DNA of 64,000 nt from contig OZ374564.1 in assembly GCA_977862235.1 (NCBI GenBank), forward strand, positions 2,542,001 through 2,606,000. The letters run 5' to 3'. The stretch is from Dudresnaya verticillata. Lineage: Eukaryota. Position 1 is the first letter of the stretch. The number at the start of each line of letters is the position of its first letter. The translations under genes and the position numbers were made by a program. This document shows positions 54,767-64,000 of this stretch, one piece after another. The notes under the pieces were generated by a model. The model made no database searches and had not been told where the DNA came from. It worked only from the letters and a program-made list of their open reading frames with translations.

Positions 54767-56577
54767 CTCGCTTTTGTGATTGTGGGGTGAGATATCGATG
54801 TTCCACTGTTCGTATCTCTTCCTTGCCAGTGGAATGCGTGCACAGAAGAGTTGCCGGTGAGGGGCCTTCCGGAGTGGAATGCAGTAGGTTTCGATATCTC
54901 CAAGGCGTAAAAGAACGGTATTGGGTAGGGTGTACCTGGTTCGCGAACCAAGCGAGGGAGTGGTGTCGCTGCAGATGCAGTGTAGCCAGACTGAGAATAT
55001 GGGTACCCTTCGGGATACGCAGTCCCTGGAACTTACGGTTACGTGAAGAAAGAGAAGCAAGCAAGCAATTCAGTACGATTCCGGAATCGGACTCACTGGT
55101 GAGTTGGCAATCGGGATAGCGTGTGGAGATGATCTTGAAACCAGTGGTGGAGGCGTTTTCTGCGATTTAGATCGTGATCGAGGCGTGAGATTTTAGTAGA
55201 CTAGCCACTCTGGATCCAAAGATTCAGCCATGTCATTCATTGGGGTGCACAGCAGTGATGAATGACTAATAGGCCACCGTCTATGCCAATCAGAACCTGT
55301 GTCAACCCTGGACATGTTCCTTTTGCTGCAAGTGCAACACTTTCATACACGAGTATGGTCTTGAAGAGTATCTGTATTTGCGTGGAACCAGCTTATGGGA
55401 TGGTTGGAGGTCCCGGCGGAGTGGACGGTGGTAAGTTCTGAATCAGAGGGGTGAGTGGGATTTGGGTGTAATGGGCAATAAGGGCGACATTCCGTGTGGC
55501 TTTGAGCAAGATTTGTTTCTACGTACTGGCTGTGCAAATACGTCGCAGTAGGAATCTTCTGACTTGAGGGAGATTATAAGTCAGTAGTTGTGGAGTTGAC
55601 TGGTAAAGGTCCTACGGTTAACATATACATGACGCCCGCCGCAGTTCAAATATGCAGCGGAGCACTCCGCTGCCCCTCCTGGCGTCGGTCTCACGTTATT
55701 GCGTGGCCCGCGCGCTGGAGCTCATGATAGCCCCGCCAACTTTACTAGACGTGAGGCGCAAGCATCACGATCGTGACGATACGAGCTGGACGCAAAGGTC
55801 ATTCGGCCCCATGGCGTGCAAGGCAAGGTGATCAGAAAGGGGCATTTGTGACTTCACTAAACATGTTTATTGTGCACAATAACAAAGCCTCTTAATTGAT
55901 AACGCGAGAACCATAATATGTATTCCGAATGCCAGCGCCGAGTCTGTGAGGAGAGTAATGTTGGGTTGGTGGTCCTCGATGTTGCACCTCATCTTATCTC
56001 GACCAACTTTATTCAGACCCATTCAAGCATCACGACGCGAGCATGATGCAAGGACCATTCAGCCGCGGCTGCGCGCGTGGTGTACAAGGAATTGTCGCAA
56101 AACAACAGAGGATATTTGACCATTGCCGTGTGGGTCACATCCTGGTAAGGACGAGGCCAGTATCGTGCATACGAGCCGGAAACCTCAGCACATTCAGCAC
56201 CGTACCTGCAGCATGGAAGCACAATGGCAGGGGACGCGGCAATATCAAGATGGGCAGCTGCCAAATGTCGCCAGCTTCGGAAGAATGTCCCGCCAGCACG
56301 TCCTGCTGACCGAGTACCGTCGATTGTCTATGCAACGGGTTTTGAGCATGCCGAATGGTCTCAATCCTGACGCTTCATAGGAGCAGTGTCGTGGGATTTC
56401 GGACGCCATTCTTAACCACGATACCAGTGTGTAGGATGTGAGCCCCCCGTCAAGGTTGAATGAGGTGATCAAACACCGCATTTCTTTCCTCCTGAAAACG
56501 CCTGCGAAGTTGACTCGAGTCGAGGGTTGTTGATCAATAGGTCAGCGTGGAGACACGGACCCGAACAGTGAAGCAAA

Positions 56578-57037
56578 GTGACGAAATGTTATCTTCCGAC
56601 ACAGCTCCAGAACGCCTAGTACAAGAACTTAGGGCACTCCGCGGTGAAGTCATCGAGACGCGCGGAGTTGCCCTGGCCGAGCTGGATACAACGTTCTGGC
56701 TCCGAGACCAGCTCATGGGATGGGCACGCGATATGATGGCGAGAGCTGGGCAGGTTGGGGAGGGGGTGATGAGGGGAGCACGGGATGTGTTAGGGATGCT
56801 AGGCTGGACGGTCCCGTTGGATTGGACCGTAGAAGATCCTGAATCAGAGGCGTGAGTGGGTTTGGATATCAAGGTGGTTTGGATGTAAAGGGTATTAAAC
56901 AAAGCTTTGTGTGTGGTGTTGAACCCGTCTTGTCCGAAGGTATTGCCACAGCAGATAATGTTCGTTGAGATGGAACAGCGCAGCAAGTTAAACGGTTATT
57001 AACCGTGAAGCTAATAGCTTCACAGTGAAGGACGTCT
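56578..57037. repeat. Inner inverted repeat, right copy
   Basis: Reverse complement of 41162-41620. Confidence 0.9.
56586..56855 (+). CDS. 89-aa helical protein of unknown function, copy R
   Basis: MLSSDTAPERLVQELRALRGEVIETRGVALAELDTTFWLRDQLMGW...WTVEDPESEA; intact paralogue of 41344-41613. Confidence 0.7.
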   Translation: MLSSDTAPERLVQELRALRGEVIETRGVALAELDTTFWLRDQLMGWARDMMARAGQVGEGVMRGARDVLGMLGWTVPLDWTVEDPESEA

Positions 57038-58591
57038 ACAAGGTAGTCTTTCTCAAGAAGACCGCCGAGGTAGGGCCAGAGCATCACGATTTGCCCATGG
57101 TGCAAGCGCCTGGGGTGCCGGATACGATGAGAGGCGACGACGCGAAGTTCTCATCATGTGGACCTCTCCCAATATTAATGATACAAAGTTCTCATCATGT
57201 GGAGCTCTGCCAATATTAATATTTGTTACGCAGTTTGTCGCCGTCAGCGTCAATCTTCACCGTTTGACTCCCTAGATTTTCCTCCTATGTAGTGCTTACG
57301 AGTATCCAGTAGGGATGCTCTAGCTTTATGCTTTCGTAAAGTGACATCTACCCCCAATATTAAGACTTACTGAGATTGACAAGAAGGGAAACATCGGTGC
57401 AGGGCCAGGCGCTGTGCTGCGTCGTGGGGAGTTAACTTTGTAATGTAAGCAGTCCGTATTTGCAGAATGCAAGCATTGTTAGTAGTGTGCCCTAGGGCAG
57501 CACCCACCATGCCGTAACAAGACTGCGAGGGCCCACCGCAATCCGTCGCTTGGTGATACTGTGATTGCATTTAACGACGATAGTTGGGCTGACACGATAC
57601 GCAATTCAATGCTTTGGACAGGGGTCGCCATGAGGTGGGATAACGGCGGACTTCCGCTCAACCTGAACCTCCTCTTTTCCGTCCCTTCAAGCCACAGATT
57701 CCGAATGAAACGAAAAAAATTATGGCGAAAGGTACTCCTACTGGCGCTGAAGAATTAGCCAAAGCAACACAGACCGCCGTCGCCGTTGAAGGTATTCAGC
57801 AAGAGGCGACTGTGATGGATGGAAACAGTTGACGATTTGCGAAGAGCCACAACAGGTCCACTTCCCTTTTGTGTCAGAGTAAGAACGAATTGGACACGAT
57901 TTTCAGGATTCAGAACCTAGTCGCTTGTGGGCTGAATATATTCTATCTTCTCTGGGAGGCGAGTTCAGTACGTGGCTGAGTGATCTGAAGAGCTTCAATG
58001 ACGTTGTTGTTAATGTCTCCGGCAATTATGTTTATGGAGCAGCAGTGCATACCGTAGTCGCATGTGGTGGGAGTATGAATCATTTTAGCCATTCTGTGGT
58101 CGTTAGCGAGTGAATCTAAGGCGTTTTGACAACCGCAGCAATATCCCAAAGCACCCCACCACACATCACCAGCACCCTGCTCCTCCCTCTCCACGCCTAG
58201 ACGTGGAGTAATTTGTCTGGCTGGTATCAAAAATATTCTCTCGGCCGCGGGTTAGAAAACAACCCGATCCTGCTGAAAGAAGTCAGTTGTGGCGCTCTGC
58301 GCCCCAAGTCAATCACCCACACGCTTGCCACGGGCCAGCATGAAGCAAGCCGTCTCATCCGTGGCCGCAGTCGTGCCCACAAGCCCTTCACCGCCTTTCC
58401 CCGCCGTGAGCTTAGCGAGGGAACAACGCTTCGCACTGCCGTCGCGTCTGACGGCGATTACTGGACCAACTAAATCAGTGAGACCGGAGCTCCGGACTCC
58501 TAGGAGTAGTCGCGCAGGTACTGAGCTATATATGGAGGTGCTTGTTGGGTCAGGCGCACATCTGTACAGCTTGAGAACGCGGTGACGGTGA

Positions 58592-59072
58592 TCTGTATGC
58601 GTTCCCGTACGGACGCGCACAGGACAGTACAGTAGGTGCGGTGAGAAGGCGTGGCCCGGCAGAGTAGGGGCTGCGGAAACAGGGCCGCGCACGCATCTGC
58701 GGTGCGGTGCGCGGGGGGGGCACGGTACAATCGGGGCATTGTGTGCCATGGGGGGGCGTGCCGTGGCATCAGGGAGAGGGGGGCGAGTGCATGGGGCAGG
58801 TGGGGACCGGGTGGACCAATTTGGCCCAGTCCGGACCACGGAGTGGCCCGGCCGGGCCAAATCGACGCAAAGAAATTAAATTTCGGAAAACCCTGAATTA
58901 TTTTGTCTAAAATCACGCAAACCGCCATAACTTTGGAACAAATGGTCCGTTGGCCAATCGGATTTCACCATCGTACTCAGGGCACACTTCCCTTTCCAAC
59001 GATACCATAAAATAGCTATTCGACTCCAGTCTGTTTTCAAAGTCATATTCTGGAATGGCTTAAATGGGTGTT
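58592..59072 (-). repeat. Right TIR of the 19-kb transposon
   Basis: Ends ...GGCTTAAATGGGTGTT, followed by CCCC. Confidence 0.95.
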
Positions 59073-59076
59073 CCCC

Positions 59077-59401
59077 GTCGTCAATAACCACAGTGGGTTC
59101 CTGAGATGGTGTACCGATACGGGCGTGTTGGATCTGTGCCAACCCAGACCATATGGCACAGGAATGTCCATTGGTAACCCCCGCGGTGCGCGCTGGCATA
59201 ATCGCTTCCAGAAGGCAAAACCTCTATGGTTTAGCTCGGGCCCGAGCCATGCAAGGTAATCGACAAGGTAACCCCGGGGCCTCCTCCTCGACAGGCCATC
59301 CGGGCCCCACCCAGGCTAGACGCACGGGATCACCCTCAGTGGAGCCCTCAAAGGCAGCTCAAGGAGTTTCCATTGCGGAAAACGTGGAGGAGGAGGTATA
59401 A
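59077..59401 (+). pseudogene. gag: gag of element D, 3' part with zinc knuckle
   Basis: RACWICANPDHMAQECP (CX2CX4HX4C) is in frame with 38385-40093 after excision; one TGA at 59102. Confidence 0.9.
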
Positions 59402-62400
59402 CGACGCATACCCCCTCCTCAAATATGCGCCTTCCAGAACCCGTATTACGACCCGATATCGTGGATAACCTGGAGGGTGATGACTATGATGAAGTATGTT
59501 TACTTAAGAAGCAAAACTACAAAGTGGATCTATCGTTAGGGGTCTGGTCATCTCAGATGATATCCGCAAGGGGCGTGATTGATATGATGAAGTATGTTTA
59601 CTTAAGAAGCAAAACTACAAAGTGGATCTATCGTTAGGGGTCTGGTCATCTCAGATGATATCCGCAAGGGGCGTGATTGATATGATGAAGTATGTTTACT
59701 TAAGAAGCAAAACTACAAAGTGGATCTATCGTTAGGGGTCTGGTCATCTCAGATGATATCCGCAAGGGGCGTGATTGATTCTGGCGCCGGACCCAATCTG
59801 GTTCATGTTAAAATGTTACCTAATGGTTGGGAAAAGCGAGCCAAACCCTATAAGGAAACCACGCGTAGCATCGTTGACGCTTCTAATAATCGAATATTAC
59901 CTCTAGGAGTCATCCCCTTATATATCCGTGTCGGTAATTTCTATACGAAGACCCATTTTCTGGTTGTTGCTAATATGCCTGCCGAGGTTATACTTGGAAC
60001 AGCCTTCATCGATCGACATGTCACAGCCATCATGCCGGGACCCCGAAGGTTACTCTTGAAGGATGCCCCAGCAGTACCTATTCTCGGTGTTTCTATGGGA
60101 GGAGTTGCTGTTCCCGACGCTAAACAACCAACGGTTTCTACCAAAGTGAGAATAGCCGAAGATTGGGTTATACCTCCTAGGTCACGTTCGTTTGTGCCGG
60201 TGAGAACCAGTGCATCTGGATTATGCCTGGTTCATAATACCCCGCGGTCAGTACATAAGTCGTTAACCATTATGGCAAATGGGATCAGGGATGTTCTTCC
60301 TATGGAAGTTTTTCCTGTGCTAATGACCAATTTTGGTGATCGCCCTGCTCGCTTGAAGAAGACTCAAGTAGTAGGCCATGCGTTACCAAGACCGGATCAG
60401 GTTTTGAGTATTGGAACTCTACTAGAAGATCCCCGGTCGGATACCCAGGGGGAGCAGCCAAAAGCGGAACCCAGTTGGGAAGACACTGTCCATATAGGTG
60501 TCGAAGACAGTGCTACTAGATCCCAAATCATGGAAATGCTTCAAGAGTATCAAGAAATGTGGTCAGGCCAACTGGGCACCATTAAGGCCACTCAGCATAG
60601 GATTGAGTTGATGGAAGGCGGATAACCCATCTATCAACACCCTTACAGAGCTGGCCCTAAAGCTCGGGAAGCCGAAAAGGCGGAAGTACAATGTTACGCG
60701 AAGGCGTTATTGAACCCTCTGGAGCAGAATGGGCCAGTCCTGTGGTCCTTGTGTCCAAACCTGATGGGTCTCTACGTTTTTGCGTGGACTACCGCCGACT
60801 TAATAGTATTACTCGGAGAGATTCATATCCGTTACCTCGAATGGACGAATGTATCGACTCGCTGGGAGACGCTATGGTATTTACGACGCTCGACTGTAAT
60901 AGTGGCTATTGGCAAGTTGAAGTCGATCCCGACGATCGCGATAAGACGACGTTCACCTGCAACGAAGGGTTATACCGTTTTATCAGGATGCCATTTGGTC
61001 TCAAGAATGCGCCCGCCACATTCCAACGTGCAGTCGACATTATATTATCTCGATGCAAGTGGCAATACTCTTTGGTTTACCTCGACGACGTTATCGTGTA
61101 CTCTCGGAGTATTAATGACCACTTCCACAATTTAGGTACTGTGCTTGATCTACTAAGAACCGCAGGGGTTTCTCTTAAGTTATCTAAGTGTAAGTTCTTC
61201 GAGGCGTCCGTCGATTACCTCGGCCATATCATACGCCCAGGAAAACTGGAAGTCGCCTCCAAGAACGTTACCGCACTACGCCAGGCGAAACCTCCCACGG
61301 ATCAAACCGAGTTAAGGTCCTTTCTTGGAGTATGTAACGTCTATCGCCGCTTTGTTCCAAATTATGCACGCATTGCGTCTCCGCTCTCCCGGAAACTTCG
61401 CAAAGATCAACCCTTCACTTTTGAGTCACTCACAGAGGATGAATACGACGCCTTCGACGAACTCCGGCGTCGTCTTTTAACGGCACCCATATTGGCGTTA
61501 CCTCGAAAGGGATTCCGTTATTACGTTGATACCGATGCGTGCGACCTTCAGGTTGGCTGTTGTTTACTTCAAGAAACCGAACAAGGGGATAAGCTGCCTA
61601 TTGGTTATTGGAGTCGCACTCTTAATTCCGCCGAGCGTAATTATTCGGCTACCGAAAGGGAATGTCTCGCCGTTGTATGGAGTCTTTTAACACTCCGACC
61701 TTACCTTGAAGGTGACCGCTTTACGGTTAGAACTGACCACGAACCACTTCAGTGGTTGCTCAACCTCTCAGATGCATCGGGTCGCCTAGCACGTTGGCGT
61801 TTAAGACTCTCGGAGTTCGACTTCCTAGTCACCTACAATCCTGGAAGGGAACATCATTTGGCGGACACCATGTCACGGCTTTCAACTACAGGGAGTGACC
61901 AAACACCATTAGATGACGACATCCCCTGTTTTACCCTCGCGGTTGAAAATAGCACCCCGCGTCAGCTCAATTTACCGACCGTCCGTGACTTGGCAAACCA
62001 AAAAGGTTTACCCCGTCAGGTTAGCAAGCAAGAACTCCTAGAGGCACAAGCACGGTATGAGTATTGCCAAAAGATGGCTAACCAAGTTGGTATCGCTGGC
62101 TCTCAATTCCAGTGGGACCATAATGGTTTTCTAATCCGCCAAGCGACACTCGACGGAGCACTTCAGATAGTGGTGCCAAAGTCCCTGCGTCCCCGTATCC
62201 TATACTTGGCCCACTATCCTCTCCTTTCCGGACACCCTGGTGGTTCAAGAATGTATTATACCCTCCGGCGACAGTTTTATACGCCGTATATGGCTAATGA
62301 CGCATATGCCGTTGTGGGTGACTGTACTAAGTGTGTCCAAAATCGGGGTACCTTACGGAAACATCAGAACTACCTTAAGTTATTTCCCGCCGCTGGGACA

Positions 62401-63582
62401 CTGGAATTCCTTGCTATGGACCTCGCGGGGCCTTTTCCGAAAACAGAACACGGTAACCGTTTCGTCTTGGTTATTACCGATCGGTTTTCTAAGCTTACGC
62501 GCGCCATACCTTTACGGAATACCAATGGCCGTACGGTTGCGCAAGCTTTTCTCGACCACTGGGTCTACCCTTGCGGTGTTCCGCTCTATGTGCTTTCCGA
62601 TAATGGTCCCCAGTTCATGTCAAAGTTCTTTGCCACGATCTGCCAAACCCTGGGGTTACGTCAGCTATTTACAACCGCTTACCACCCCCAGACCAATGGT
62701 CAGGTCGAACGGTTCAATAAGACCCTTGTCCAGCGGTTACGTCATTATGTCGCAGATTATCAGCGCGACTGGGACAGTTACCTACATCCGCTTACCTATG
62801 CGTATAACCTCCAGGTTCACCGCTCTACGGGTAACTCGCCCTTCGATCTCGTCCTATCCCAGCAACCTTCGGTTATACCTCTACAGGGTTCTCCCACAAC
62901 GGGCTTTACCAATCAATTGGATTCGCAACTCACTGCTGCTTCGGTTAAGCGTTTAACCATTCGGAAACTTCAACAGGCTATTGCTACCGCTAAGGTCACC
63001 ATTACGGCTACCCAACAACGTTACAAATCTGCCTTTGACACCTCCGTGGCACGGCCTTTCTCGGTTACTGTTGGTGATTGGGTTTACCTCGATCGCCCTA
63101 AGTTCACTAAACGCCAAGTTGGTGAACGACAGGCTTCCCTCGTCGACCCCGCCGAGGAGCAGAACCTTTCTAGGAAACTTTTGCCCAAAGCGACCGGACC
63201 CTTTCTGGTTACCGCCGTTCATGCCAACCATACGGTTACTATTAAGCAATATGGGCTTTTTAATACCACAATATCACAAGACCGCATTTCGGTTAACCCT
63301 CATCGTGGTCCCCGCACCACTATCGACGACCTGGAAATTACTCAGGATCCACCATCGGCTCCTCCGCCGCCTACGGCGACCACCCACTCGGATTACTATA
63401 CAGTTGACCATTTGGTTAAGCACCGTGTCACCGACAGTGGTTACCAATATAAGGTTCGCTGGTATGGTTATGCCCCTAACGACGATACTTGGGAGCCACC
63501 CGCGCACATCCCTCACAACTTTTTGTTACGCTACTGGCGCCGGCTTGACAAGACGCCACCGCCTGGGGCTGGGGGGGTGTAG
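59377..63582 (+). pseudogene. pol: pol of element D (PR, RT, RNase H, IN, chromodomain); 60691-63582 is open for 963 aa
   Basis: VIDSGAGPN; YLDD; DTDAC; SDNGPQF...ERFN; YTVDHLVKHR...YKVRWYGYAPNDDTWEP. Broken by a 98-bp triplication, TAA at 60623 and a frameshift near 60690. Confidence 0.95.
59485..59778. repeat. Tandem triplication, 98-bp unit
   Basis: TATGATGAAGTATGTTTAC... starts at 59485, 59583 and 59681; copies appear identical. Confidence 0.95.
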
Positions 63583-64000
63583 ACTTCGTGGATTTTCGCA
63601 GACTCCAAAGTATCTCGTGAAGCGTCACTCAGGGAGTTAGCGTCACCCAATCAACAGGTCTCGCGACGGCGTTATCTCATGGAGTCAAATGAATCGGCAC
63701 TAGGTCTTACCCCCTCTTCACCTTTTCTATTTATTCTACGCTACTTGCCTACAGTACACTGTACTCTTTTAGAAACCAAGACAAAGGACAGCCACACAGG
63801 GAGATACAACACAAGACAGAAGATATTTTATTGGGCACTCGTCAGGTCACCCTAGAGGCTCATCTAATTAGAGTGCCTACTGGTAACGGGAACGTTTCCC
63901 AACCGACTCCTCGAAGTCGCCCGAACGAGAAGACGCAAGGCGACGGGGTTGGAAAGGAGACGCCCTGCGAGTCTCCGCAGGGGTGGTAACTCTAGGAGTC

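Larger units (their letters stand above)
40094..59072. mobile_element. 19-kb cargo-carrying TIR DNA transposon, Sola-like
   Basis: TIRs AACACCCATTTAAGCCATTCCAG... of ~480 bp; CCCC on both flanks; excision with one CCCC restores the gag frame; internal DDD transposase. Confidence 0.93.
36849..64000 (+). mobile_element. Ty3/Gypsy chromovirus element D hosting a solo LTR and a 19-kb DNA transposon; 3' LTR lies beyond the window
   Basis: LTR TGTAA...TTACA, PBS, gag split at 40093/59077, pol with a canonical chromodomain. Confidence 0.92.

Noticed and set aside
57144..57221. Short direct duplication AAGTTCTCATCATGTGGA...CCAATATTAAT
   Set aside because: A two-copy local duplication near a cargo junction with no further structure.
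40094..59072. Classification as CACTA/EnSpm, Polinton or Starship
   Set aside because: CAC-based termini would give non-matching AA/TT flanks; no DNA polymerase B, retroviral-type integrase, capsid or tyrosine recombinase is visible inside the element.
59485..59778. Regular repeats as a possible CRISPR array (also 20537-20765 and 4659-5095)
   Set aside because: Units are contiguous tandem copies with no unique spacers, no cas genes, and a eukaryotic context.
63566..63590. GGGGCTGGGGGGG-TGTAG as the PPT plus start of element D's 3' LTR
   Set aside because: The downstream sequence does not match the 5' LTR (TGTAATACAG...).

Overview
Eukaryotic, transposon-saturated window with almost no intact host genes. 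The compact, apparently intron-poor ORFs and the element types suggest a red alga or similar, but this is inference only. It contains four Ty3/Gypsy LTR retrotransposons: A (1-3935, minus, partial), B (6808-20103, complete, TSD AGAAG), C (21037-26716, minus, complete, TSD AACA) and D (from 36849, running off the right edge). There are also three solo LTRs, a MITE, hAT and PIF/Harbinger relics, and three paralogues of a small secreted protein in inverted duplications. The most striking object is a 19-kb cut-and-paste DNA transposon (40094-59072) inserted in the gag of element D, with ~480-bp TIRs and a 4-bp TSD whose removal restores the gag frame. It encodes a Sola-like DDD transposase and a now-disrupted ~990-aa fusion of a ParB/Srx-like domain with a bacterial-type beta-class DPPY amino-DNA methyltransferase. 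These two proteins share a ~95-aa domain. The transposon also carries a duplicated 89-aa ORF with an excess of synonymous changes, small coiled-coil ORFs, and captured fragments of host genes (RHD3/SEY1, a TKL kinase, COG2, AIP1/WDR1). Element B carries a large antisense extra ORF. All family calls come from motif recognition by eye; no searches were run.
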